From: Carcharhinus longimanus
Taxonomy: Eukaryota
Length of the DNA: 64,000 bases
NCBI GenBank assembly: GCA_030264375.1
Contig: JASCQW010000027.1
Coordinates: 60,571,387 to 60,635,386, forward strand
Direction: 5' to 3'
Part shown: piece by piece, positions 39,354 through 52,916 of the stretch
Layout of the letters: every line of letters begins with the position of its first letter
Position numbering within the stretch: the first letter of the stretch is position 1
Made by a program: the position numbers and the translations under genes
Notes under the pieces: generated by a model
What the model was told of the DNA's origin: nothing
The model's database searches: none
The model's input: the letters and a program-made list of their open reading frames with translations, nothing else

Positions 39354-39452
39354 CACGATGTTGCGCCGACCAGTTAAAAAACAATGACCCTCTAACCTAA
39401 ACCAATCCCTTTCCATCCATAAACCTATCCTTGATAGGTTTATGGATGGAAA
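39354..39452 (-). mobile_element. Young LINE 3' end, copy B, with fold-back hairpin at its truncation point
   Basis: Near-identical to 27937-28004; perfect 20-bp inverted repeat at 39410-39452. Confidence 0.85.
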
Positions 39453-39453
39453 C

Positions 39454-39632
39454 ATGGTGGGTTTTTATGACAATTGACAATGGTTTCATGGTCTTCATTA
39501 GACTTTTAATTCTGGATTTTTATTGAATCCCATTTTCACTATCTGCCATCACAGGATTTGAACCCGGATCCCCAGATCTTGCCCTGGATCTTTTGATTAC
39601 TAGTCCATTGACAATACCACAATGCCACAGCC
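39454..39632 (-). mobile_element. Right half (head) of the split SINE
   Basis: B-box GGGTTCAAATCC on - strand; continues the element broken at 27893. Confidence 0.72.
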
Positions 39633-39659
39633 TCCAGCATCCAAAGTATTTTTACTGTC

Positions 39660-40630
39660 AAATTTACTAAACTGAATTGTGATTTGGTAAAATTAGACTG
39701 GAAACAGCTAGTTGAGAGTAAATCAGTGTCAGAGCAACAGGGAGGATATCATCAAGTGGGTAAAGAGGGTTAAGAACCTTTAGGTTCTCACACTTGGGGT
39801 CTGAAACATTGCTGCAACTCCAATATCAAAGAGCACACAGGGTAGGAAATGGCAAAAATAAAGAAAGCTTAGGTCAGGGACTGAGAGCTCAACACTCAAG
39901 AAATCCAGAAGGATGATAGACATAGTGGTTAGCACTGCTGCCTCACAGCACCAGGGATCCAGGTTTGATTTCCAGCTTGGCTCACTGTTTGTGTGGAGTT
40001 TGCACGTTCTACCTATGTCTGCTGAGTTTTCTCTGGCTGCTCTGGTTTCCTCCCATAGTTTGAAAGATGTGCTGGTCAGGTGCATTGGCCTGAACAGGTG
40101 CTGGAGGATGGCAACTGGGGGAATTTCATTAGTAAACTCACTGCAGTGTGAATGTAAGCCTTACTTGTGACTAATAAATAAACTTAAAGTGCAGTGGTAA
40201 AATTAAAAATGGAATTGGAAAAACAAAGGGAGGGCAGGAAAAATATTGACAAATAAAATTAAGAAAACCAAAAAGGTAAGCAGTTTGTGGAGGCAGATAA
40301 ATGACTCCTAATGAATACTTCTTCCCCTCTTCAGAAAAGAGGAGGACAGTTTAGATGTTGCATTTAAGGAGGAGAGTGAAACATTGGGTAAAATAAATAT
40401 AGTGAGATAGAAAATATTAAGGGTTTTTTGAAAATCAGTAAAATCAGGAGGCCATGGTGAAATGTACCGCAGTTTGCTAAGAGAAGCAATGAAGGAAATA
40501 GTGGAGGATCTGACCATTATTTTCCAATTCTCCCTGCCTATAGGCATGGTGCTTGAGGACTGAAGAACTACTGAAGTTGTATTGTTTTTAAAAAGGGAGA
40601 AAGGGATAGACTGAAGCCAATCAGCTTAAC
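39660..40630 (+). mobile_element. Continuation of old CR1 ORF2 (interrupted by a SINE at 39922-40185)
   Basis: LLREAMKEIVEDLTIIFQFSL...VLED motif. Confidence 0.7.
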
Positions 40631-42908
40631 TGCTGTGCTGATCAGCCATTATCTTATAAAAGTACAGTGTAGGTTCCAGAGGCTGAATGCTCTACTCCTG
40701 ATCCTTGTTCATATGTTCCAGTGACAGTGGTGTGAAGTCAACTTAGGTGAGTGCTGTGTTGCATGTGGTCTAAAGCCCTCAGCTTTCTGGAGTGACTGTG
40801 GTGCCTCTCTTTAAGACAGTACAACAGAAGAGGATCACCTAACTTGAAGGACCATTGGGACCTGGGAGTGAGTGATCACCCCAGAGGGTGGAGTAATGTC
40901 TTGGGCAGATTGCATTTGGAAGCCACGTTATAAGCATGCAAAGACTGGAATAGCTGGGAAGACTACTCTCAAATAGCTGCTTCCAGTCTATTTCTACCAA
41001 ATCACAATTCCGCTTGGTAAATTTGATAATAAAAGCAAAGTACAATGGATGCTGGAGGCAGTGGCACAGTGGTATTGTCAATGGACCAGCAATCCAAAGA
41101 TCCAAGGGATGATCTGGAGACTTTGATTCAGATCCTGCCATGGCAGATAGTGAAAATTGAATTCAATAAAAATCTGGAATTAAAAGGCTGCCTAAGGCTC
41201 CAAACCCCTGTACCAAGTTTCTCTTTATTAATAAATATCTTCTTGTTTTTAACAAACCTGAAATCTCTTGACAATGACACAAGTGCCACTACATGACATA
41301 TTAGTGACTAGCTGGATCAATTGGATGGCACAGTCTATCTGTGAGTACCTGATTTAATTGCAGTTTTGGAAAAGAGGGATACCTGCCCGAGTGCCTGTTC
41401 TAGGTGAATAGAGTTGCTCAGAGTAATGCCAGATCAGGTAGGGGCAGATGAAGTAATGAACCCAGTGTAGCCAGCGAGTCCAGAGGTTTGAAAAGAAATA
41501 GAAACTAACATGGAGAGAGTAGCCTTCAGGAACAAGAGAAGTCAAACTTGAGATAAAGATAAAGAACAGGAGTGTTTGAAGTAAAAAGAAGATATATCCA
41601 ACTAGAAAGGAGCTGTAGTCCAGATTTAAAAAGAAAAAGCCTTAAACTTCTTGATAATAGCAGACACTTTTCAACACCAATGGCCCATAATACTCTCCAT
41701 TACCAGTGACTATGTACGTGAAGACTCCAGTGCATTGTTGCTGCACATCAATCTGAAAACTGCTTCCTCCAGCCCTGCAGCCCCTGGTTCTCTGCCTTTC
41801 TCAAATGATTTGCTTTCTCTTCTGTAAGAAGAGTTACAAGTGTGCAAAATGGAATATTTGAGAGGTTGGAAGGACAATAATTGCAGAGGATGACTTTGAG
41901 GGATGGGTATGAGATTGCAATAAAATTAGGGTGAGTATAAGTGCTGGCTGTTCAGATTGAGATATGTTGGAGAGAGGAATGGGGTGGGTCTGCGAGATAC
42001 ATACATCTTAGGAGTGCTCTGCAAAAGAAGGCTGAGAAAATCTGAGTAAGGGAGTTGGTGTTTGAATATAGTATATCATTTATCCTGATGAGATAATTGA
42101 ACCTCTTTGTATCTGAGTAAGGGACTACACTCCTTCTCACCTCAGCCACTTCTAGCCACTCCTGTTTAGCTTCAGAGGCAGTGCTCTTTCTCTTTTCACT
42201 CAAAAAAAATTCTAGTCCCTGGGAGCTGACAACATGTTCTCGAGGAATGCTGCTGAAATCGCTCAAGGGTCTGTCTCTGTTAGCAATTGTAGGATGTATG
42301 TATTCTGTCCCTACACCAGAGCCCCTTTAAATTCTAAAGCTTCAACAATCAAGTGCAGGTTTTAATCATACTCCAGCCCACCCACTCCAATTTGTCAGGC
42401 AACCCAGGACCAGGATGCTAATACCCTCGTTCAGTTAAAGCACTGTGGAACACATACTCCATGAGCTTTTGGGTTCCTGACCTACTGCTAACGTCACCCA
42501 GCACATCCAAATATTAAAACTCAGCCCAGTAGCTTCAGTCTTTCAAAGTCTGGATGGAGGAAATTTCTGTTAAACCAAAACTGAATTTCAAAAAAACACT
42601 GAAAAATCTGTTCGTGGAGGCATCAGAGGTGATTGTGAGATAGAGCCGGGTAAAGCACCTTGGAATGTTAAAGGCGCTATTTAAATGCATGTTATTATTG
42701 TGCTGAATCAGGATGGAGAATAATTTTCATCAGGTTACCGCGTACTTTGGACTGCAATTTACGATGCATGACAGACCTGCCTGCCCTTTATTACCAGAAG
42801 TGATTTACAAAGATGTATTAAAATGGTTTTAATTTTATTTCAGAAAGTTCTCATATGAATCTGTGCCCTCGGCAGTATTTCAGGATATAATTTATTTACA
42901 AACTGCAG

Positions 42909-43093
42909 ATTCACATTTGAAGGAAAAGCAGTCACTCGTGGAAGAGATAATGCAGCTCAAGAGGATGAAGGAGATCACAGATACAGGGTTCTCATACAAA
43001 GAAATGGAATTACTGCAGAGCAAGCAGGAACTGGAACGACAGCTCAGTAAACGAAAGAATAATGAGCATAAAGTTACAATTATAAAACAACAG
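42909..43093 (+). CDS. Gene A coding exon 5 (D-SHLKEKQSLVEEIMQLKRMKE...TIIKQQ)
   Basis: Acceptor ctgcag, phase 1 (G+AT=Asp); donor CAG|GTAAAT; coiled coil. Confidence 0.88.
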
Positions 43094-43946
43094 GTAAATT
43101 CAGTATATCCATCAGTTGTCTGTGTTTAATAAGTCATTGATGGTTCAAATTAAGTGACTTGGCATTTGAGTACAGCTGAAAGTTCCTCTATATGGACAAA
43201 CAGTATGCCTGCCTGTTTCCCCAGTGGACTGCTTAAGAAAACAAATCAGTATTTCTACACCTATTCTGGGATCCTATTGCAATTCTGAGGCTAGCATAAC
43301 CAATGACCCTTAAAGACCTTCAAAGCAGGTCTAGAAATATTTTACTTTTAAATGTATGGAGCCACTTCTGTTCCTCCTGTCCCCACGAGAACACTCTGGC
43401 CCCTAGCCTGATCATTTGAAGGAACCCTGAGATCAGTATTTCCAATACCAACTTGAACCCAGGCAGACCTGTCAATCATATTCATAGGAATCAGCCCAAC
43501 TCAATCTGCTGACAGGGTGCCCGTTTGGTACCTGCAGAACTCATTCATATCTTTCAGCATTGTGGTTGAACAGGCAGTGTGGCTGAAATAAAATAGATTT
43601 TCATTATGAAGAAAATACAGTAATAGTACAGTTGATGATTTTAGGCAGAACCTTAAAACAATAAACATTTAATGACAGGAGAACTGACTAGAGTTACAAA
43701 ACATTCCAAAAGAGAATGTGGAGAAGCAGCTGATTCACAGGGGGTAAACTGGCATTGAATGGGGCCCATTCCCTGACTTCCCCCATCTCTCAAGACAGCC
43801 AGACTCCAACTCCCAAATATTACCAGCAATCCATTGATACTTGGGGTAGGAATAGAAACTTTGAGTAGATGGAAACTCTTCTGAGGTATAAACACCAGCC
43901 TACACCAGTTGGGTCCAGCAGCCTATGTCAGTGTTGTCTGGAGGAT

Positions 43947-44265
43947 CATAGAAACCCTATAATGCAGGAGGAGGCCATTCAGCCCATTTAGTCTGCACCA
44001 ACAACAATCCAGTCTAGGTCTTATCCCCATAACTCCAAATATTTACCCCTCCAATCCTTCTAATGTACGCATCCTGGGACATCAATGAGAAATTTAGTAT
44101 GGTCAATGCACCTAACCCTCACATCTTTGGATTGTGTGAGGAAACCGGAGCATCCGGAGGAAACCCAGGGAGAATGTGCAAACTCCACTCAGACAGTGAC
44201 CCAAGCAGGAATCGAACCCAGGTCCTTGGAGCTATGTGACAGCAATGCTAACCACAGTGCTGCCC
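43947..44265 (-). mobile_element. HE1-like SINE
   Basis: Head/B-box GGGTTCGATTCC on - strand and tail. Confidence 0.85.
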
Positions 44266-44704
44266 CTAATTCTTGTAATTCTATGTAACCCCAAGATGTC
44301 TGTCTCCAATGTTTCCAGATCAAAAATTTATCCCAGTGATCTCAGATTCTAGTAACATTTCAAATGTACTTGCACCCCTTCTCTAAAGCTCCTGGACCCC
44401 AAGAGTCTCCTCAAGAATTGCTTCATTCTTTGATTACTGGCAGTTCCTGATTTCTCCATCCCCATACACCTAGATTTTAAGGCCACTCCTAAAGTTAATA
44501 AATCAGTGTTTTTCTGCATACTAACTGGCGCAACTTGGCATATGGTCATATAAAGGTTGCACCTCATTCTAAGCAATCTGATTGGGTGTTAATTTATAAG
44601 TTAAACAATAACATTCGAATTTTAGTAAAAATGGTTTTAAATGAATGCTGAAAACTTGATTTAGTTTGGAAATTGAAACCATGCTAACTTTTTTTTAAAT
44701 TAAC

Positions 44705-45105
44705 TTATGGGAATGTGGGTGTCACTAGCTAGGCCAGCTTTTATTGCCCATCCCTAATTGTCCTTGAAAATATGGCGGTAAGCTGCCTTCTTGAACTGCT
44801 GCAATCAATATGATGTAGATGCATCCAGAGTGCTGACAGGGAGGGAAGTTGAACATTGACTCAGTGACAGAACATTGATACATTTCCAAGTCAGAATGGG
44901 AAGTGACTTGAAGTAGTGGTGGTGCTCCCATGTGTCTGTTGCCCTTGTCCATCTCAGTGGTAGCAGTCGTGGATTTGCAAGGGTGAATTCCTGTACTGCA
45001 TCTTGTAGATTGTACACACTGTTCTTTGGTGGCTGAGGGAGTAAATGTTTGTGAAATGGGTGCCAATCAAATGGACTGCTTTGTCCTGGATGGTGTTGAA
45101 CTTCA
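44705..45105 (-). mobile_element. LINE 3' fragment
   Basis: IQDKAVHLIG...HQRTVCTIYKM remnants; ggccagc..ttattgcccatccctaattg tail. Confidence 0.6.
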
Positions 45106-45133
45106 ATGTTATTTGTTTAAATTTTGTTTTCAG

Positions 45134-45288
45134 ATTGAACAGAGGGCAGAACAAGAGAAGATGCTTGAGACAGNNNNNNNNNNNAAGAATTTGGAGCTTC
45201 TAAAAGTCCAGTCAGCTCTCCATGAAATGGAGGAAAAGTACTATTCCAAGACAGCTACCATGCAGGATAAAATTGCACGTAATTTCAG
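45134..45288 (+). CDS. Gene A coding exon 6 (IEQRAEQEKMLET..KNLELLKVQSALHEMEEKYY...IARNF-R); contains an 11-N gap
   Basis: Acceptor ttttgttttcag, phase 0; donor AG|GTAGCA, phase 2; frame preserved across the Ns. Confidence 0.85.
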
Positions 45289-47035
45289 GTAGCAGTCTGC
45301 TAGGGAACAGGAAAGAGATAACACTATAAATTAACCAATTAAAGATGAAGAGTTCAAAAATAATTCTTGCTTTTATTACCATGCTAATAATTTTCATTGA
45401 TGCTGACAAATCATTGTACTAGTAATGAATACTAACTTAATCACCACCTTAAGATCTTTTTGTGATGGAGAAAAGGACTTTTGGTGCAAGAGGTTTATTC
45501 ATACACAATAACACTCCTAGGATGAACTAGTTTGCATTAGGAGCACATAGAGGACCTAATTTCTGCCACAAATATAACCATTAAGTCCCATTATAATATT
45601 CCCTTGTCACATAGACTTTCATCCATCAATGTGTAGGCAATGCCGGACCTTTAAGAAAAACAAATCCAATAGCAGCTTAGACTTGCTGCTCCTCACTTAT
45701 GCTGTGCTTTACTAGGTGCCTCCCTCCCTTCCTCCTTCTGATTTCTTGCGCTATACCTGTGCTGTCCTCTGTATGGTCATGTGATGTCCCAATATCCTAT
45801 ACATTCCTGGTGACAGACACATCATCTGGGAAGGCCCCTACACAGAGAGAAAGGAGTTTCTTGTGGAGACTCGAGCTTTGTATACATTTTTATTAGTTGG
45901 GTGGTGAAAGCTTGTAATCTAGAATGATAAGGCAGATCCTATCAAGCATGTGTAATCTCTCCACCAGACTACCAGCTAGATGGTGAAGATGAAAACTTTC
46001 TTGCATATTAGGGACAATTCACTGAGTGCCTCCATGTTGCTGCTGAATAATTGTACCTGTATGTTAATAAACCATTTGAATGTGTTTTGAGGAGCAAGCC
46101 AGAAGAAATTTAAAAGACCCTGGAAATATATCTAACAGGAATCAAATCCTTCAGGAGAAAAATGAAAAATCTGAAAAATAATTTTTAAAAATAAAAGAAA
46201 TGGCAGCCATCTGTATTGTCTAAGTGGGGAATTCCTGTAATAGAATAAATCACCTAGTACCCAGTTATACCTAGGTCTTGTATTTCACACACCTTAGGAC
46301 TTTTCCTTAAACAACTGAAGATGATTATGGAAAATGAACCATAAAATAGTGAGGAGGAGTGAAAAACTAAGCAAAGTTGATAATGTATTCGAGTTAATGT
46401 ATACAGGAGGTCATGTAGGTGAATTAAGTATTGGACATAAATTAACAGCTTGTTTTCTCAATTCTCTGTCTGAAGGAAGGTTTGAGCCACATCACCATGG
46501 CCACCTCCAAAGTTAGAGCACAGAGGTAGATCCCAAATCCATCCCAAATTAAATCCTGTGCTATTGGCATCAATCTGATCCAGACTAGCCACTCAGCCAA
46601 CTAAACCAACCTGTCCCCTGCTGTTGGGGCAATGTGTGTTTTTACACGCATCTTATGGTCCAGACCTATATATAGATAGTGATAGTGATGGCAGGAGCTC
46701 TAACTTCCTTTCCATCACATGACTGACCAGAAATTGCTCCTGGTCTTCTCAACTACTATATATTGGAAGGATTTACAAATTTAATACTCAACCTGTTTGA
46801 CCATGATATAAGTGCACCTTCTTTGGCCTTCAAGTCCTGGAGTAGTTCTTGAACATGGAGCTTATGGCTCAGAGAGGGGGACTCTACCCATTGTATCACA
46901 AGACTGCCAACTTGTGTCTATATGGAGCATTATCAAACAATGATCCATACAAGTCAAATATTAGGACAGATGATCAAAAAGTTTATTCAAAAAGATGGTT
47001 TTTAGATATGTCTTAAAAGGAGAAACAACAACAAG

Positions 47036-47415
47036 GTAATGCATTTTGGAAAGTCTTATCCAGATAGGAAATGTACAGTAAATGGCAGAACCCTTACGAG
47101 TATTGATAGGCAAAGGGATTTGGGTGTACAGGTACACAGGTCACTGAAGGTGACAACGCAGGTGGAGAACGTAGTCAAGAAGGCATACAGTATGCTTGCC
47201 TTCATCGGCTGGGGCTTGAGTTTAAAAATTGGCAAGTTATTTTGCAGCCTTATAGAATCTTAGTTAGGCCTCACTTGGAATATAATGTTTAATTCTGGTC
47301 ACCACACTACCAAAAGGATGTGGGGGCTTTGGAGAGAGTACAGAAAAGATTTACCAGGATGTTGCCTGGTATGGAGGGCATTAGCTATGAGGAGAGGTTG
47401 CAGAAACTTGGTTTG
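47036..47415 (+). mobile_element. CR1 LINE RT C-terminal fragment next to a gap
   Basis: MHFGKS...RDLGVQVHRSLK...ALERVQKRFTRMLPGMEGISYEERLQKLGL. Confidence 0.9.
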
Positions 47416-49979
47416 NNNNNNNNNNNNNNNNNNNNNNNNNNNNNNNNNNNNNNNNNNNNNNNNNNNNNNNNNNNNNNNNNNNNNNNNNNNNNNNNNNNNN
47501 NNNNNNNNNNNNNNNNNNNNNNNNNNNNNNNNNNNNNNNNNNNNNNNNNNNNNNNNNNNNNNNNNNNNNNNNNNNNNNNNNNNNNNNNNNNNNNNNNNNN
47601 NNNNNNNNNNNNNNNNNNNNNNNNNNNNNNNNNNNNNNNNNNNNNNNNNNNNNNNNNNNNNNNNNNNNNNNNNNNNNNNNNNNNNNNNNNNNNNNNNNNN
47701 NNNNNNNNNNNNNNNNNNNNNNNNNNNNNNNNNNNNNNNNNNNNNNNNNNNNNNNNNNNNNNNNNNNNNNNNNNNNNNNNNNNNNNNNNNNNNNNNNNNN
47801 NNNNNNNNNNNNNNNNNNNNNNNNNNNNNNNNNNNNNNNNNNNNNNNNNNNNNNNNNNNNNNNNNNNNNNNNNNNNNNNNNNGAAGACACCGTTACAGGC
47901 GCCAATGATGGGGCAATTAAAATGTGGCATGCTCAAGAGGCAGAATTAAAGTATATCTAGGAAGAGTGTAGAGCTGGAGGAGATAACAGAAATAAGGAGG
48001 GGTGAGGCCAGAGGGATTTGAAAACAAGTGTGAGAATTTTGAAATTGTTGTTTAATTGAAAACCAATGTCGGTCAGTGAGCATAGTGATAATGGGTGATA
48101 GAATTCCAGGCTGTATATGGATTTCTTTTGATAGTTGGATTCTATTCCAATGAAAAATGGCTGCTAGAACAGGTGAAATAAGAAACTTATTTTCACATAG
48201 TTCAATTTTCTTTAACTAAGATAGAAGGAAAGAGGAAATTATATTAATCATACTTGGTCACTGACCATACATTTCAACTAAGATTCCTCGGATGGTAGAC
48301 TTTAATTTATATCTACTCAGATGACATAATTTGGTATGCCAATATGGAAGGCTTGTGATGGCTTTGACATCTGAGGGATTTTAAAACCTCAAACTAGTTT
48401 TTTAATACTTGAAGGAGCAAATGCTAAATATCTGTTAAGAAATGCTAACCAGTGTCTGAAGAGAAAAAGGTTCTTGGGCAAGTGCCAGAACTTTTTTTAC
48501 CAGGAAGCAAATAAGATGTAAGAGACTGATGTGTAACATTTTCCTGTGGGTAATTAGATTCCATTCAGATGAAATATATTATTGTAATAGCATTCAAAAG
48601 TATTATTACACAAAAAAATAGTTTATGGATTCACAGTAACTCTGGATTAAATGATGCATTATTCCTTGTAGGAAGATGTATTTGTTTGATGCATACAAAT
48701 TGAAATGTCACAATCTATAAATTAATGCATTACTGAATTATTCACAGTCAATGTAGCTAACAAAGAATATCACATGAATGGTTTAAGATTTAACATCTTT
48801 CAAGGAGGGAGTGTTTGCTTTCACTAAAAATAACAGTTCCATAGCACAGTAAATTTTCCCTTGTTGCATTTGAATGTCTATTATAGATCACTGCCAGCAT
48901 TTTTGTATCTTTGATGTGCTTAACTTACAAGCATGATTGCTCTGCACAAAATACTGTGCCTGTTAAATTGTACTTGTTTCATGTTCAAAAACACCAGTTG
49001 TACCTTTTTTAGTTTGAGGTCTTTATTCAACTGATATAAGATGTTTGCTGATAGAGAGGGAGAGTCCTTTATAGAAACATAGAAAATAGGTGCAGGAGTA
49101 GGCCATACAGCCCTTCAAGCCTACACCGCCATTCAATATGATCATGGTCGATCATGCATGTCAGTATCCCACTCTTGCTTTCTCTCCACACTCCTTGATA
49201 CCATTATGGCAGAGGTCCTGTGACTATAGCAAGCCATTACTATGTTACATGTATTAATGTTGCATTTCAAAATTCTAATATCCAACTTTTCAAAATGAAC
49301 AAAATAACACAAATATTCCCTATTCCTAAGAAAAAAAGACAAATTTGAATGCATGATCATGTGTAACTGAGAGTTACCCAATTTATCCACTATACACCCA
49401 TTCTCCATTCTCATGAATTAACAGCTGTTTGTTCTACTTGTCAGTCTCTGCACCTGCATTGCTTACATAGTCATTAAATCGTGCAAGTCTCTTAATAGTA
49501 TGCATGCACATTNNNNNNNNNNNNNNNNNNNNNNNNNNNNNNNNNNNNNNNNNNNNNNNNNNNNNNNNNNNNNNNNNNNNNNNNNNNNNNTTGTTGGGGA
49601 CCCATGAGCCTTGGGGATTGATGGTAGCTCTGTATTTGGTAAGCTGACGAGATCCCTTCTCCATGACAGGCCGACTTTGGTGAAGGATCAGCTTTCATTA
49701 CTTGTTCATATATGCCTGTGATTCCACTGGTATATTAGTGTTCACTTCCACTGCATAGGATCGATGTGGCAATTTCTCTCTGCATTTCTCAAGTTATCAT
49801 GTGGGCTGACTGTGTTGAGAACATTGAAGATTTTTATCCCAACTAGCTCTCCAATATTCAGCTCAGATCTTCGAGAAACCCTTGTCAAAATGAAATTTTT
49901 CCTCCTTAATATTTTCACTCACGCCTGTTACTACCTCAAGCAGTAACTGCACACCCTACGCAATGAACTTTCCTAATGG

Positions 49980-50395
49980 TTCACACTCCAGCAAAAAACT
50001 GAACAGAATATTTTGCTAAATAGCTCATAAGTCCAACAAATTGTTTCATTCCTTTCACATCTGTTGGTTATTACATCACTACTACAACTCTCGCCTTGTC
50101 AAGACCTGGGTCAAGACCTTTTGCAGTCAGTACAGGCATCTTCAATTACAATTCTTTCTTGATCAGCTTCAGATTTATTTGGCAAACTCTCTCCAGTAGT
50201 TGTATTAAATTCTGATCATGGTCAGCTAACGTTTCTTCCATTGTGTGTTCACGTCCATATACTAGGAGATCATCAACTATGGTTTCCACACCAGGAAGAT
50301 CACTGACAATCTCATGCTGTCTGCATTGATACTCTTCTGGAGCCGTGGAAGTGCCAAATAGCATGTGCAACCTTCTATATGTCCCAAGCATTCGC
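49980..50395 (-). mobile_element. Gypsy/Ty3 LTR retrotransposon RT remnant
   Basis: FGTSTAPEEYQ...LPGVETIVDDLLVYG motif. Confidence 0.8.
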
Positions 50396-50639
50396 GTGCT
50401 CCATGCTGCTAGGTCCTGGAAGGATCATGTGATCCACAAACGATTGCCCCCTTAAAGGGCCATGCTATCACATTTCTCCCCCTTTTAAGTTCCCTTACAA
50501 TCATACAAAAAAAATCTTACAACTACGTGCAGTCAAAACAGGATTTCCAAAAGGGGGGCACTNNNNNNNNNNNGTGAGTATATTATCAAATAAATAGGTT
50601 GGACTAAAACCTGGTGTTGTCAGACTTTTTACTGTATCA

Positions 50640-52140
50640 GAGTCTATGGCAGTGGTTGGTGGATTGACTGTTTCTGACGATGAGCCAGGACCAATTCCCT
50701 CTTCCTCTGCTTCCACTGACAGACGGGATTCTCCTTGGGAAGCACTAGGTTCTGTTTGTGCAGGCTTAGCTGCCTGCATACTTGGCTCTATCACTGGATC
50801 CAGCTGACTCTTGGTGGGGACCGCAGTTTCCCACCTTCTGATATAACCTATGTGCTTTCACCCTGTAGCTCAATGACATAAGATATTGGACCAGTGCTTA
50901 CAATAATCTTACTGGGTACCAAAGCTGGTTCCCCTACTCCGCCCCATCAAAGTTTCAGACAAAAACTAAGTCACTCATTTGAAATNNNNNNNNNNCCCCC
51001 AACACAACCCAATCCCACCCACCAAAAAGTTCTGAGCAAAATCCAAATTGTTCAGGTCAAATGACCTATCTCCCCTCAAGAAATTGTGATGCTCCTTCTA
51101 TGAGACTTGCTTAGCCTCCATCCTCTCTGTCAAATTTTGGAAAATGAGGTCAAGGTGGGTCCTAAGGCATTTACCTACCAACAATTTGGCTAGTGTAACC
51201 CCTGTGAATTATAGAATCCCTACGGTGCAGAAGGCGCCCATTTGGCCCGTCACGTCTGCACTGATCATAATCCCACCCAGGCTCTATTCCCATGTATCTA
51301 CACTAGCTATGGTAGTATGTGGAGTCATCTTTTATGAGAGCAAAAAATTGGAGGAGCAGTGGTCTGTTGGATTGCTCCCACCTCATCATTTTACAAGTGT
51401 GCACTGTTCTTTCTAACAACCTGTTGGAAATGGGGTGGTAGGGACCATTTATATGTATTAGATTCCATTAGTCTTGACAAACTGTCGAAATTCTTTAGCT
51501 GTGAAAGCGGTACTATTGTCAAAAATGATCACCTCTTGTATGCCATGTGTTGCACAAAATTTGTTGCTGCTTATCTGTGGTGGCTGATGAGGTCACTGAA
51601 CACACGATCCGAACTTTGAGCCATTCTGAGGGGGCATCCACTATGATTGAAAACATCATTCCCATAAAAGGGCCAACAAAGTCAATGTAAAGCCTTGTCC
51701 CGGGGGGTTGGATCACTCCCATGGGTGAAGGTTTGCTGTGGATGGAAGGGTCTTCTGCATTTGGAAATGCTCATAACAGCTGACCACACTTTATTTCCTT
51801 GTCAATTCCTGACCACCAAGTGTAGTTCCTGGCCAACATCTTCACTTCCGCCTGGCCACGATGTGCACTGTGCAGCTCCTGGAGGAATGGCTGTTGCCTA
51901 GGTACTATTTCTCAGCTCCCCCATAAAAGCACCCCGTCTTCACAGCTGATTTTGTCCCTTTGCTGCAAGTAGGACTTGACTTGTTTGGATTTGTCAAAAT
52001 GACAGCCAGTTAAAACCACTCTTTTAACCTTTGAGAAAACCACATCCCTCTGGATCCCTGTCTTGATGTGGGCCGATGAAATGGACAGCGTGTCCAGAAA
52101 ATTCAAAGCAAGGCCTTTCTCCTGTGGAATGTGCGATGTT
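50640..52140 (-). mobile_element. Gypsy/Ty3 integrase-region remnant (SINE fragment nested at ~51207-51310)
   Basis: DKISCEDGVLLWGS; RLYIDFVGPFMGMMFSIIVDAPSEWLKV. Confidence 0.8.
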
Positions 52141-52171
52141 AGTGTACCTTTAAGAAATGTATTTTTTAAAT

Positions 52172-52420
52172 CATAAGAACATAAGAAATAGGAGCAGGAG
52201 TAGGCCATCTAGCCCTTCGAGCCTNNNNNNNNNNNNNNNNNNNNNNNNNNNNNNNNNNNNNNNNNNNNNNNNNNNNNNNNNNNNNNNNNNNNNNNNNNNN
52301 NNNNNNNNNNNNNNNNNNNNNNNNTTAGCCGTTTTCCAATCTTCCGGCACTTCCCTGGAATCCAGCGACGTCTGGAAAATAACCACCAAGGCATCCACTA
52401 TTACCTCCGCCATTTCTTTC
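52172..52420 (-). mobile_element. Young CR1 LINE collapsed over a 100-N gap
   Basis: (CATAAGAA) tail; KEMAEVIVDALVVIFQTSLDSREVPEDWKTA. Confidence 0.9.
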
Positions 52421-52647
52421 ATGTTCTCTGCAATTGTAAGCAGACCTTTTCAGTTTTTCTCCTCATGTTTCCAGGCAGTCTGCTGGAAGTTGTTTTATTG
52501 CTAATTCAATGGTTTTGTTTATTTTTACTCTGGGATCTTTTATGACCTTAAGTTGTGAGGGGGAAGATTGACAGGTCAAAGTCAGGTGGTTCCTCACCAG
52601 GAAAAAAACTAACAATTCATTTCAGTGTAAACTTGGTATTCGTGACA

Positions 52648-52820
52648 CAAAAACAGAAAATGCTGGAAAATCTCAAAAGGTCTGACAGCATCTGATGAAG
52701 GGTCATTTAACTTGAAATGTTTACTCTATTCTCTCTCCACAGATGGTGCCAGACCTGCTGAGATTTTCCAGCATTTTCTGCTTTTGTTTCAGATTCCAGC
52801 ATCTGCAGTATTTTGCTTTC
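52648..52820. repeat. Palindromic repeat, probably Penelope inverted terminal remnants (related pieces at 1694-1775, 2570-2652, 27595-27710)
   Basis: aaaacagaaaatgctggaaaatctca...tgagattttccagcattttctgctttt inverted arms. Confidence 0.7.
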
Positions 52821-52916
52821 ATCTTGGTATTAGTGACTATTCTTATCAGAATATGTTTGATTATATATCATATGATCTATGCAATATAAAACATTGTAAT
52901 ATTCTTTTCACCCCAG

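Noticed and set aside
47285-47949. Long ORFs of 174-209 aa (and those at 62725-63501)
   Set aside because: Artefacts of N gaps plus LINE/SINE sequence
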